Source of the DNA: Massalongia carnosa
Taxonomy: Eukaryota
Assembly (NCBI GenBank): GCA_965645245.1
Contig: OZ287079.1
Location: 682,001-746,000 of the forward strand
Direction: 5' to 3'
DNA length: 64,000 nt
Of this stretch, positions 12,843-26,159 are shown one piece after another. Numbering within the stretch: position 1 is the stretch's first letter; every line of letters begins with the position of its first letter. The notes beneath the pieces were generated by a model, which saw only the letters and a program-made list of their open reading frames with translations, was not told the origin of the DNA and made no database searches. The position numbers and the translations under genes are program-made.

Positions 12843-15800
12843 TTATTATTATTATTAAATTCATACTCGTTGTGACATCAGCTATAGCCGACCCATGCGA
12901 GAAAAGCTATCAAAGTTTCAAAGAAGGAAAACCCTCATCGAGGGGAAAAAACCTTCATCTGTATACCTACACGTGATCGCTCGACCTCACTTCGCGAATG
13001 CTACGTTTCGCCAGCGCCACATCTACGACACACATGCGTATCAAGAGACTACCTTCTGCCTCTGTTATAACTAGAGTTTGTGACTATCACTACGCGACAG
13101 TCAGGGGGAGGAAGAAAGACACTCTACAGCTAGCGAAAACTGTGTCAGTAGATTAGTCCGCATAAGCCAGCGAGCGGAGGCTCGTAAGCCCTTTTCGGTG
13201 GTCAGAAGGCGGCGATAATCCGTCGTTCCGGCGTCTCTGCACATGTTGCTTCGGCCGTTAACAAACCTGGGGCAGCTGAGTAGCACATACTTGAGCGTCT
13301 GGCGTGCCCATCCACAGCTACACGCCGGCGAAGCGAACGTGGGAACTCGACGAGAGAAGAGATAATCCGCCAAGCCAATACGCTCAGTACGCATTTGAAT
13401 GATGAGGCTGCTTTCGGATTTGCTGAAGTTCTTATGTAATCCCAGTCTCTTTATCGAAAGACCCTCAGTAAGCGCAGCGCAGGGATGACGCTGATGAGCC
13501 GCCTGATACGCGCTCCAGGTCTGTTTCCACTGATTGTTGAAGATCTTGGCTAGCCCTCTGTCCGTCGGAATGTCCTCTATCATGTCAGCAGGCCGGACTC
13601 GAGCAATCTGCCTCGTATACCAGTCACGCTTACGCTGAGCCGGCGTAGCGTTGAGGGCGCGCCGTCGTCTACCGCGCGAGGCAGTCAGCTTGCGCTTGAT
13701 CTTCTCACAGAAAGCGGAGATGCGTTGATCGTGTTCATGTTCTTTAAGACGTCGTCGTGCCTTCGCCTGCAAGTGAGCTAGATGCAGCTGAATTGGAGAA
13801 ACGTGAGTTTCGGCTTCGATGATGATTTGCGGAGTAGCGCGAAATCCTCCGCTTATCACTCGCAGACACTCTCGCTGTATGTCACCGAGCTGTTTGTCGA
13901 TCCTCTGCGTGCCGTCGGGACGGCCATATGGCGAATGCCAGACGGTAGAGCCGAAGGTAATCGCCGGTCGCACGACGGCGCTATAAACGTGTCTCGCCTT
14001 CGTAAAGCACGCTCCCCACGTAGAAGCCGTAAGCCTGGATAATGCCAAGGTCTGTGTAGCCATTTTACCCTGTATGAACTTTAGATGAGGCCCCCATTTA
14101 AGCTTGGAGTCGATCTGAATTCCAAGCACTCGCACCGACGGCGAAGGCGTCTTGTCCACGCCTCCTATGCACACGGCAGCCGTCATGTCGAAGCGACGAT
14201 CATTTCTGGCGAGATGTAGGAGCTCGTATTTAGCAGGCGCGAAGTGCGCTCCATGACGTCTAGCCCACAGCTCGCACATCTCGTGAGCACGTTCTAAAGC
14301 TCGACAGTTACTCTCAGTCGAGGTGCCGTATGCCAGTATATTGATGTCGTCAATAAACCCCAACGCGGTGACTTTGAGTCGAGATCGCTCTAGCTCCTCC
14401 AAAATATCTGCGTTGTAAAAAATGTAGAGAATGGGCGACACTGGCGACCCCTGCGGTATACCGGCATGAACAAGGCGCATCGAAGACGTCTGACCGCCGA
14501 TTGTCAGTGTGGACCTTCTTTGCTGTAAAAAGCTGCCGACCCATGCTACGATCCATTCAGGAATTTTTCTCTTGCGCAGATTGTGCAGCATTCTCTCCGC
14601 CGAGACGTGATCAAAGGCACCGGCCACATCAATGCTCAAAAGCGTGGCCACTTGTCTGACCCCATGTTCCACACCGTGTGTATCTGTTCGGTGAGGAGTT
14701 CAAGCGCCGTTTCACAGGATCTTTGTCGTCGTCCTCCCATCTGAGACTCAGGAAGCAGATTGTGGGTCTCCGCAATAGCGGCGATGCGTTTAGCTATGAT
14801 CGATTCCAAGACCTTCCCAAGCGTATTCAGAAGCGCGATAGGTCTATAGGCCTTAGCGAGAGTGTAGTTCGGCTTGTTCGGCTTCTTGATTGCAATAGTG
14901 TGAGCCTCGCGAAAGCAGAGTGGGTGATACCCCTGCTCTGCGCAGGCGCGAAACAGAAGGACCAACGTGGGCAGTATCGACTTGATCAGAAGCTTGAGTA
15001 TTCTATTCGGTATTCCGTCGGGGCCCGGAGCAGAGTCCGGCTTACAACGCTTGATTGCTGCCTCTATCTCCTCGCCTGTGATAAGAGACTCCGTTTCTGC
15101 GACAGCGGGAGGGTAGCGATACGTCGTCGTGGCGCTGAGGTCTGCCGCGGTTGCATTGGGGAAGAACATGTCAAAGAGAAGAGACGCCTTTTCGTCGAAT
15201 GTGGACGCAGTGACTGCTGTGCCGTCCGCAAGCGTGTGCGTCAGATCGGGCACCTTGGGAATGTCTCGCGGTAAGTGACTGCGCGTACGAGCCCATCGAG
15301 CAAGACGCCATATGCCTTCGGACGCAGACGTCATCTCTGCTAAGGTTCTTCTGAAGTCGAGCTTCTTCTCCTTGGTGATGATCTTCTTCTTTTCATCCGC
15401 CGATTTGAGATACCTGCGCCACGTTGCCTCTGTCTTCCACCTCGTCCACTCGCGTCTTCGACGTCGAGTCTCCGCCACAGCGACAGCGCAACGCTCGTTC
15501 CAGAAGGGTTTGGAGACGGGGCAGGGAGCCGTCCAGGGAATGGTCTCATTTATCGCGTCAATAATGGCGGACTGTAGTCGATTCGCTAAGTCGTCTATGG
15601 CTTGCGGGGTACGCGGCCACTCCGTGACTACAGGTAGACGAAGACTTTTCGCCAGATTTTCTTCGTCGGCTCGCTTCCATGCTCTCTTGCGACGTTCCAC
15701 GCTCAGCTCCACCTCTAGCGTCAGCTTGGTAGAGACGGGTATGTGATCGGACGATTGGTTCATCTCCGGACGGGTGTGACAGTGCAGCAGACTGTGTCTC

Positions 15801-16757
15801 AGGGAGTCGGTCATGAACACTAGGTCTATCGTGCTCGTGGATCTGCGTGCCTCCCAAGTGACAGAGCCACTAGGTAGAGTGAGCTGCATAGACGCCGCAC
15901 GAACGACGTCGAGAAGCTGGTCGGCCGCTTGATGTTGTGTAGGCCTGGAGGGGCCACTCCACAGAGGGTGATGCAGATTAAAGTCTCCCAGCAAGATGTG
16001 TTCCTCTTCATCCCGCTCATGAATCTTTCGTCTCACCGCCTCCACGCTTTCGAGTAGCTGGCGAGAAGAATGCGAGTCGGGTGATTGACTGTAGACGTTA
16101 TGTATATTGATGTATCGTGGCTCATTACTCGCAGATATTCTTAGTCTCATTGTGCACACGTCCGGCGTGAGGAAGTCCACAGCCTAAGAATTGACATCCA
16201 ATCTTTTATTAATATAGAAACACGCACGTACATTCTCATTCGACATAAACGCAAGATGAAAGCCGGAATTGAACGGATTGTGCGACGTGCAAATGCTGGG
16301 GTTGCGCCATGGTTCCTGAATGGCTAAGACGTCATACTCCTCTATTCTCTTGTCCGCCAGTAGAGGGGTCATGACCCCGTTCTTGCTCTTTCTGATGTTA
16401 TACTGTAATATTGAAAGAGATGTTTGTCCCGCCATTACTGGGTACTTCGGGAGACTTTGCCGCTGATTCTGTGAAGCGGCGGGCGGCCGCGCTTCGGCTT
16501 GGGCTGTGGCTGCGTCTGCGAATGCGCCTTCGGCGCCGGAGGAGGCATGGGGTAACGAAGGAGTGCAAGGGCGCTGTCAGACCTATGAGAAGACGAGGCC
16601 GGCTGTGAGTCAGGTACAACCGACACGCTGGCTCTGCGCCTAGTAGGAGATGGCGAGGAGCCTTCTCCAGGTCCCTGCGAGTGTGCCCTCTTGCCGTGTG
16701 TAGAGGGGAGAGCCGGAAAGCTGTTGGTGACTGTATTAATGTCGAGGCTCATAATCG
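12843..16757 (-). mobile_element. 5'-truncated Tad1-like LINE: ORF1 C-terminal remnant (16757-16435) and ORF2 APE-RT (16435-13101) with an in-frame stop at 16184 and a frameshift near 14650; (TAA)n tail
   Basis: APE motifs QYNIRK, AIQEPW, LGDFNLHH and SDH. RT motifs PGPDGI, YRPIALL, GIPQGSPVSP and FIDD. C-terminal CxC..C knuckle. (TTA)n at 12837-12856. 14-bp TSD TTTTTAAATTATTA at 12829-12842 and 16758-16771. Confidence 0.92.
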
Positions 16758-18224
16758 TTTTTAAATTATTACCACTAGACAAGGGCGTGGTAAAATTTTT
16801 AAAAAAAGGTTCTCCGGGCATCAAGAGATAAAATGCTTTAATATTTGTAATTAATAGTTGATTTTAGTTGGTATTTTGTAGCTATCATCATCATGACTCG
16901 TCCTCAAGATAACACACTGACTCTCGCTCAAAGACTTCAGGCCTTGACTCTCGTAGAGCATGGAGTATCAGCCAAAAGAGTAGAGGAAATCACTGAAGTC
17001 TCGACAAGATCTATCAGTCATACCAAGAAGAAAACAAGAAGCAGAGGATATGATCCCGAGATCTCACGAGTCTTGAAGATGGAATATGTTGAAGATGCAC
17101 CTCGTTCAGGCCAACCTTCTAAAGTAACACCTGCATTGGAGGAGGCTATATTGACTGATGTACGCAAAGATCGAAACGGAAGGGAGAAGTCTTCAGCTAT
17201 GCTGGCTTTTGATCATGAGCTGAGTTCTTCCACTATATTGAAGGTTCTTAAAAAGAATGGATTTCGAGCCTGTAAATCAACGAAAAAGCCTGGCCTTACT
17301 TCGATCATGAAGGAAGCACGTCTGAAATTTTGCATTGATCATCAGCATTGGACTCTTGAAGACTGGAAGAACGTCATCTGGAGTGACGAGACGAGTGTGA
17401 TGCTGAATGCAGTAAGAGGGAAAAGACTGCAATGGAGAACCTCGAAAGAAATGAATGATAAAACATGCATTCGTCGTCGATGGAAAGGACACTCAGAGTT
17501 CATGTTTTGGGGGCGTTTTCGTACGATAAAAAAGGTCCTTTTCATATCTGGAAGACTGAGTCTGCAAAAGAAAAGAAGACAGCTGAGGAAGAGCTGAAGC
17601 TTATCAATAAGAGGTTGGAATCAGAGGCGAAGCTCAATTGGGAGTTAGAAAATGGAATGAGACGAATGAGACTAAGAAATCCAGGAGGACGACAGCCTCG
17701 ATGGATATGGGATCAAAAACCTGGAAAGATCGTGCGAGATAATAAAAAGGGAGGAATTGACTGGCATCGCTATCAAAAGAATATTTTGATAGACAAACTT
17801 CTTCTATTCGCTACCGAATGCATGAAAGATCGTCCAAATATGGTGGCTCAAGAAGATAAGGCCCCCTGTCATACCTCTAAACATCAGGATGTGGTGTTTA
17901 TGGACTTTCGAGTGCTTCTCTTTTTGTGGCCTAGCAACTCACCTGATCTCAACATGATTGAACCGGAACGAGTACAGAGAAGGAAGAACAGGAGGAATGG
18001 TACGACCTTACGATGCTGAGGAGCGGCGCAGTCGATATCTGCGTTTAAAGAGAGGTCCTACTGAAGATGAGGAGGAGTGGGCCAATGTAGACTGATGAGG
18101 AGGTGGATTAGAAGGTAAAAAAGGAGTAAATAAAGGAGTTTATCTTCGTAGGGCTGAGCCCCTTGTAGGTGGCTTATTTAGCGTGCATATTAGCGTCGGT
18201 TAGAACTTCCTGTGTCATCCTCCG
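16758..18224 (+). mobile_element. Tc1/mariner (DD34E) half-element, right arm; transposase from 16893, frameshifted near 17515, with a ~170-bp deletion near 17965
   Basis: Near-identical inverted copy of 11237-12842. Ends GAACTTCCTGTGTCATCCTCCG followed by TA. Confidence 0.9.
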
Positions 18225-18447
18225 TACAGAGTACATACAACCCCATCGATGACTCTAGCATTAACTTACCTCTCTCCCTACCGAATAAATCTCTCATTCA
18301 TCTAAGCTAGGAAGACCAGGAAAATTTTACATGACTAATTGTTACTCTTAGAATGTACAATTCATGAAACCTCGTTATATCAATCTATTCTCAGATTATT
18401 CCCAATAAGTTCTTATAACATTAAAGACAATAACATAAATAGACATC

Positions 18448-20417
18448 ATGGAAGATGAGAAGGCACCCCACAGGTCGAACGATGTAGGCCAAACTTCTAA
18501 AGCAAAGAAGCAGCCTAAACCACCAAAGCCACCAAAAGAGCCTAAGCCCCCGCCGGTAAGGAAGGAAAAAGTATCCAATCTGCCTACTGCTCCCATGGAC
18601 CCAAACTCTATGTTCAAAGAAGGGTTTCTGAGATCAGTTTATAACGAAAACCCAGCTGCTCAAATAATCACGCGGTTCCCTCCAGAGCCAAATGGATATC
18701 TTCATATTGGGCATAGCAAGGCAATTGCAATAAACTTTGGATTTGCTAGGTTTCATGGTGGACTTTGCTACCTTAGGTTCGATGACACGAACCCTGAGGC
18801 TGAAGAAGAGAAGTTTTTCATCTCCATTCGGGAAACAATAGAGTGGCTAGGGTTCAAGCCAGTAGGAATCACATACTCCAGTGATAATTTTCAGAAGCTC
18901 TATGATTTAGCCGAGGAGCTAATCAAGCGTGACGGGGCGTATGTCTGTCATTGCACAGGTAAGATATCATTCTTAAGAAGGCAAAGTTGACTACTAAGTG
19001 GAGAGCGTAAAGACACTGAGGTCAAGCTCCAAAGAGGAGGGGAAACCCACGGACCGCGATATGCCTGTTCACACCGAAACAGGCCAACAGGGGAATCTTT
19101 GGAGGAATTCCGAGCAATGCAAGCCGGTAAGTATAGACCAAAAGAAGCGTTCCTGAGGATGAAGCAAAACCTTGATGATGGCAATCCCCAAATGTGGGAC
19201 CTGTCGGCATATCGAGTGTTGGACGCAGCGCATCATCGAACAGGGAGCAAGTGGAAAATATATCCAACATACGATTTCACTCACTGTCTTTGCGACAGCT
19301 TTGAGAGAATATCCCATTCATTATGTACGACAGAGTTTCAGTTATCAAGAGTGTCCTATGAGTGGCTCTGTGATGCAGTAGGGGTATACAAGCCAATGCA
19401 ACGAGAGTAAGTTTGCCAGCCTGGACCAGGAAATCTTATATACTTAATTCCATTAGATACGGCCGGCTTAGAGTTACAGGAACAGTGCTTTCCAAACGAA
19501 AGATTGCCAAACTCGTAGATGACGGAATCGTACGAGGCTGGGACGATCCTAGACTTTTTACCTTAGTAGCGCTCCGACGCCGCGGCGTACCCCCTGGCGC
19601 TATTCTCTCGTTCATCAACGAACTTGGCGTCTCCACCGCCCTCACCAACATCCAAATCGTCCGCTTCGAGCAATCCGTGCGGCGCTACCTCGAGCAGACA
19701 GTACCCAGGCTAATGCTTATCCTGGACCCGATCACTGTATTTATCGATAATCTCTCAGATGACCACGTTGAGGAGATCGAGCTTCCTTTCGGCAAAGATC
19801 CCGCCATGGGCGTCCACCACGTTCCATTTACTAAAACGGTGTATATCGACCGAAGTGACTTTCGAGAAGTTGACAGCAAGGACTACTTTCGCCTCGCTCC
19901 CGGCAAATCCGTCGGCCTAATGAAAGTCCCCTTCCCCATCACTGCAACCAGCTTCGAGAAAGACGAAAATACAGGCCTTGTTACGATTGTGCATGCCACC
20001 TATGAGAAACCCGTCGTGGAAGGAACTCCATTTAAGAAACCCAAAACATACATCCAATGGGTTGCCGTCTCCCCCACGCACTCCTCGCCAGTTGAGGCTG
20101 AAGTTCGCGTTTTCCACCCTCTCTTCAGATCCGAGGACCCGGATGCCGTACCCGGCGGCTTCATCACCGACATCAACCCGGACAGCGAGGAAATATTCAC
20201 CCACGCTGTGATCGAGACGGGCTTCCATGAGGTGCGGAGACGCGCGCCATGGCCAGCGGAGGAAGGAGAGAAGAAGGTCGAGGTTGCGGGCGTCGAGAGC
20301 GTGCGGTTTCAAGGGCTGAGGGTGGCGTATTTTGCTGTGGATGGAGATAGTAAGGGCGATAGGGTGGTGCTAAACCGGATCGTCGGGCTTAAGGAGGATT
20401 CCGGAAAAGGGGTGTAG
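18448..20417 (+). CDS. GLN4: Glutaminyl-tRNA synthetase (exons 18448-18958, 19013-19406, 19457-20417)
   Basis: [15 protein letters not shown] (HIGH motif), [26 protein letters not shown] and GWDDPRL. Introns at 18959-19012 and 19407-19456. Confidence 0.95.
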
Positions 20418-22820
20418 ATGGTTTTTAATGACAGGGCGAAGAGTTGAAAGTATTGTGGGTGGTGAGCGGGGTTTTTAGGGTCACGGATTTTATGAGGTGG
20501 ATGATGAGATGAGATGCGGATTGTAAGAGACATAGATTTTAAACTTTAGTCAGGTCGATCCTTTGCGAGATGGCGAGCATATCCAATAAATAGTCCTGTT
20601 GGGGTGCTTTCATTATCGGAGCCATACCAGATCAGAAAACGCCTTCCTCTAAGCTTTACATCAAACTTGTCTCTTTCGAATATCTCGCCCCTTTCCCCTC
20701 CAACCCAACCCTCTTCGGAGGATTCAGTCCCAACCTCCCAACCTCGCCCTTTCACACTTCTAGCCTGTTGTCCTCTCCCGTCTACTCTCTCAATCATTAC
20801 CCAATCGATTCTCAGCGCCTTCCCTCCCTACTTAGCGCCAACCTACTCATCCATCTATTCCCTATCTACAACCACCCCCCAAACACATTAATTGTTTCCG
20901 AGTCCATCCCCGTAGACATCCCATGAGATGATAGGTAAGTTAAGATAAACTGCGATGCTGGATCGGGGTCGTGGGAAATGGGGAATGGGAATGGTGTGGG
21001 TTTAGGAGAGGGGAGGTGGTTGTTAAAAGGAAAAGGAGAAAGGTATGAAAGAAAGTGAATTTAGACAAGCGGGTTGCAAATATTCGAGGGGTAGGGAAAA
21101 AAGAATTGAAATGAAATATGGTTGGCAGTTATTTAGCGACGGAAAGGAAAGAAAAATGTTTTCATTTTGCTGTAGGGAGGCGTTTCTCGCAATCAGGGGA
21201 CATTGTAGGGAGGTTGTGGGATTGAGGATGAAAGCTGGTGGGTGAGAGAGAGGGAGTCTTTCAGAAACTGGATTGGGGAGAGTATGAGTTTAGGGTTGTT
21301 TGGACTGAAGAGTTCGGGAGCACGGATTTGCGACTGGGGGGCTGGAGGTTGGAACGATATAAGTGAGGAGTAGCATATACTTGAAAGTATTAGGATAGGT
21401 ATATGTCTTCAGAGAAAGACTAGAAATGAATGGATCCCTCTTCCTTCCTTCACCCTTTGACTTATTGTTTTGCTTCTTCTCTGGGTTCTTCTCAAGCTCA
21501 GCCTCAAGTCTGGGGGCTCTCAGAGGATTAGAAGGTTCCTGACGAATGAGGGGTATAGAGAGGGGAAGAGGGAGGATTCGTAGGAAAGGCAGATGGGTGT
21601 TAAGTATTAGGGTAAAGAAGGCATTGGTTTTTGCTTTTTAATAGAATACTTGTAAAGAGAAGAAAAAATATCGAACGGTGTTCTAGCTGCTTTACAAAAC
21701 GAGGGGGGTTGGAGAAGTGGGAATGGTATGTTTGAGTTACCGTATCTTCATAATCAAGAGCTAGTTATTGAAAGAAAACCCCCGCTGTCCTTCTCCTCTC
21801 TCATCTCATTTAGTGGTATCGCGTGAGTAGCGAGTTGTAAATACCTAGCTAGATGAGTGAATCCAAAGAACGAACTCTCCCCCATGAGTAAAAACTGACT
21901 GCCGTGAGCAAGAAAAGGCTCAAAAAGATCGGGTCCGCTTACTTGGGGCAAAAGAAAGCCCGATTACTTACGGTAAAAGATATTGGTGAGAGATCGAGAA
22001 AGGTACATTTTCGATTCGCCTTCTATATTGTTGCTATCGAAGTGATGCGCTGGACAAGCAGATCCCCTCCATATTTCGCAGATGATTTTGCGCTCTTCGT
22101 CCCTCGGGCGAAGTTTTCAAAGAGAGAAAGATTCAGCTTTGAGAACAGGATTTCTACTCAGGATGATAACTCTCGCCACGAACCTGAGTAAATTGCTAGA
22201 GGGTTTCACGAAACTTATGCTGCAAGCTCTTTGCTCTTTGCATTTCCTATGAAGAAAGGAAAATCTCGGCCAAGGAAAAATTCATAACTAGCCTTACACT
22301 GCCAACATTTTGTGCAAGGAAATAGCATGGTGGTCGCCTTAGTTGGGGGTTTTGAGCCCGATATCAAGCCACTTGGAAAAAATCCTATGAGCCAGCAGAC
22401 CCCATATTGATAGAGACCAATTCGCCGAAGCTATTTCACGCACGTATAGAGATCCTACAATGAAAATTGAACCATTCTCCTTGGGCGAAAACTACGATGA
22501 AGACTTCGTAAGTTAACAAAAAGGTCACAAAACGTAGTTATAGACTCCAACGACTTCCTGACGAAAATAGCATAAGGTAACTCTGATTATGATTTTGACT
22601 TGTCAAGAAGTTATCGAACTCAAACTAATATTGTCAAGTAAGTTTGTTTCGATGTATAGAAAGGGTGTGACGAGCTTGAAGTCTCATCACCTCAACAGCC
22701 CCAACCTCTTTTTCTCGCTTCGGCCCTGGCCCTGGCCCCACGTCTACAATTTACTCAAATGCCCAATTTATCTCGCCAGCTCGCCAACTTGCATCATTCT
22801 ACCTCACTCTTGCCGCCACA

Positions 22821-24004
22821 ATGTCACAGAAACACCCCACAAGCATTCAAGCATCCTCCCTCCCTACACTCTCCCACCTCTATAAAACCCTAGAGCTCAA
22901 ACCGGCATCCCCCGACACGCCATCCCCCCAACCATCCGCGAGCCTAAATGCAAAGATATCACTCGTCCAGACATCGATCGTTGATCTTGCTGTCACCTCC
23001 ATCGTCAATGCAGCAAATAACTCTCTTCTCGGTGGTGGCGGTGTTGTAAGCCCCCTGCCTCAATGCTGCTTTCCTTAGAGGAGCTTCTGAACAACTTCTT
23101 AACTTTGAAATCCACCGTTTTAGGACGGTGCCATCCACTCAGCTGCTGGTATCTCGCTCGTCCAAGAATGCCGTACTCTAGGGGGGTGCCCCACAGGATC
23201 CGCAAAGATAACCTCTGCCCACGCCCTTCCTAGTAAATATATAATCCACGCCGTCGGACCCATTTACTTACACGCGAAACGTGAACAAGAGGATCTTCCA
23301 GCTGAGCTACTAACGGGCTGCTACAGGACGAGTTTGCAGCTCGCCGCGGAGAAAGGTGGAAGTGTAGCGTTTAGCTGCATAAGTACGGGCGTGTACGGCT
23401 ATCCGAGCTTCGAGGCGGCCGAGATTGCAGCGAGAGAGGTGAGGAGATTTCTACTAGAACAGGAAGAGAAGGGAGAGAAGGGGGGTTTGGAGAAAGTTGT
23501 GTTTTGCTGTTTCGAAAGCAAAGACGTCCGGGCTTACAAGGCATGGCTGCCGTGAGTCTCTTCCCAGAAACAGTGAACCTTGTAGCGGCGCCAGAATTGC
23601 TGACACTTATGCCCTGTTCACATAGAAAAATATTTCCTCCGGCTCCCTCAGACCTTCCCGACACTACCCCAGAGGTACCAGACAAACCAGCACAACCTTC
23701 AGCCACGACCTCGACATCTTCAAATGCAAGGAAAGTCTTCAGCTCCGCAGACCCTAGCCCGGATGATGACACTACAACGGAAGACTGGGAAACCGTTGAG
23801 AAGCCACTAGAGGTTTCATCAGCGCAGATCTCGGACCTGCATGATGAAGGGGTGAAGGTCGAAGCTGGAGATGCAAGTGCAAGCCTAGATGAAGACCCAG
23901 ATGCAAACAAAGACGAAAAGTCCGGCGGAAAAGTAAGGGATGCAGGCGGTGAAAAGGTAGATGTAAAAGGCGAAGTGAAGCATGGGCTTTTGAAAGATTG
24001 GTAA
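22821..24004 (+). CDS. MacroD-type macrodomain protein (ADP-ribosylhydrolase / O-acetyl-ADP-ribose deacetylase) with an acidic disordered tail; exons 22821-23045, 23124-23551, 23626-24004
   Basis: After splicing: IVNAANNSLLGGGGV|DGAIH, IIHAVGP and ISTGVYGYP. Confidence 0.9.
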
Positions 24005-25734
24005 AAACTTATGAACAGACTCTGTCTATCTAGGATCGGGAAGATGGTTTCTCCTTAGCAACTGCCTCACTTACATGCCTATGGAAGGCGGCACGAACGG
24101 TATGAACGGATGAAATCTCTGTAGAACACGATCGCTGATGACATTGAGAGATCATTTTAATGGCGGAAACAATGACTGAAAGAGTTTCTTCAAGCGCACA
24201 GAAAATCATCAAGTTGTCTTTTCCGCAAAGCTGCTTGAGCAAAGTAAACATCCGTACTAATTTCGCCAAAGGTTCTTCCACTGTCTAGCTATCGGTGGGT
24301 TGACACGGCTGAATTATGCAACGGAAGGCTGCCTAGAGCCGATCTCCATCCCTTACTGGCAAATGATGTATTTTTTCCAACTATTAGGCTAGTTGCAGAG
24401 TGCCGAGCATTTGCGGTAATCGCATGCCGTTTAATGATTACCTATTTAGTACATTTGTCTTCGCTCTTATCAGATGATGATTCCTGTATGGTTCGCGCTT
24501 TCATCCTTCCTGTTTTCCCCTTTCTTATTTTCATCTGCTCATCCCCATCGGTTGTACATCCAAAGAAGATGCACACAAAAGAAATGAAAATCATGGAACA
24601 CATAATCATGACTATTCATCTTATCTTCTTGACCGTCTTTGTCAATTTTCAATTTTTTTTTGATCTAGGTCCCCTTCATCGTTTTAGCTATGTTACTTTT
24701 TGCAAATTTCTATCCTAATCAAGCAAGGGAAAGTTTCGAAAACGCGGCTTGTTATCTTTTGCTGAATCACTCTGTAGAAGTTTTAAGATTATCGATTTCC
24801 GTAGGATTTTCATTCTATTGGGTTTTTTCTTTCGTTCTGTGGTAAATTTAATGACGATCTATGTATGATGAAATGGTTCCGTTTTACTATCTTTTTCTCC
24901 CGTTCTTATTTCATCGTAGTTGCAAAATGCTAAATCGAGAATCGTCCAAACTCGAATAACAGGATCAGGCTTGAGGCTCAAAGACGGGCCTGGTCAAACT
25001 TATAGGTTCACAATAATGGAGAGGCCTACATTTGACACGTGATCACTCTTCTCGTCCTCCTAGCAGAAGAGCCAAAAGCAAAAACAGAATCCCTTGGATC
25101 AAATATCCAGATCGACTCCACCCTTACAGAGCACCCTGGCCGCTGGTCCCATAACCGTAGAAAAGCCCATTTTTCGCACTTCGCTTGTTCTTAGGTACGC
25201 ATAGATTCCCTGACACAGTAAGAGAGCCTAACAGACCCCCAATGTCACGACTATATAAACAGGTAGATGGCCTACATAGATCTCTACCTTCAATTGAAAT
25301 CATATTATCATACCTACTCCATCGTGGTTCCCGCTTATGAGACAGAATGTTTCAAAATTTGATGGAGATGGCGTCCTAAACTTAGCATAACGAAGGATTA
25401 CTGAATAGGTCTTAAGGTTTCACGGAACTAAGCAACCACAAACGCCATTCGGAGCTGTCATATACATATGTGAGTGTGCGATTTCATTGAGCAGGAAGCT
25501 AGAAGAATAAATACCCGGGTATCTAACGTCCTTGGAGATCGGCTTTGCTTCAGCAACAACAGCTTTTGAAACAGTCTATCTTCTCCACTCGGAGCAGATT
25601 CCTGCTCACTTTTGCTTGCCTCTCGCCTGATCTTCAAGTATCTACACCAGAAACTCTCAACCATTAGGTACTTCACCATCACGACCCAACCAATGTTCCA
25701 CCCTAACCAAGCCAGCATCAAGCAGGCCCTCGCC

Positions 25735-26159
25735 ATGCCAGAACCCGAAATCGTCAAATTTACATCTTCGTGTACAACGACGGCGAATACTTCAAACACT
25801 GGTCCCTCTTCATTGACGGACCGGAGAAAATAACTATCAGCCCCTTTGACTTTGACGGCAGTTTCATGGCAGAGATCGTACGAGCAGATCCCTGGGATTC
25901 GAAACCCATGGGGGCCTCGGTTCATCTGTGCAAAATCCCCACAGTCAATGTGCCGCGGCTGGAACAGAATGCGAATGAAATTTCGTTAAGCATGAGGCCC
26001 GGATGGAGCCAGGAATACGCTATGGACCTGCTCGACCAATGCGTGGAGGAAGAGCTCTTCAATCTCGACGGTGTTTACGAGGAACTTTGGTACAAACAGG
26101 ACGGGATGGGGGAACGACCGACAAAGTCCACCGGCACCATTGGTGATAGCAAGACCTAG
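25735..26159 (+). pseudogene. Small fungal 'HW(S/A)LFI' family protein (DUF6540-like), apparently frameshifted near 25760
   Basis: The ATG at 25735 (MPEPEIVK) is out of frame with YIFVYNDGEYFKHWSLFIDG. The expected NCQ motif reads WSQEY. Confidence 0.4.

Noticed and set aside
16758..16824. Apparent N-terminus of LINE ORF1 (ORF 16435-16824)
   Set aside because: Lies outside the TSD, in the Tc1 palindrome centre; the LINE is truncated at ~16757
20546..22700. Short ORFs in purine/pyrimidine-skewed DNA downstream of GLN4
   Set aside because: Low-complexity translations with no coherent exon structure or motifs
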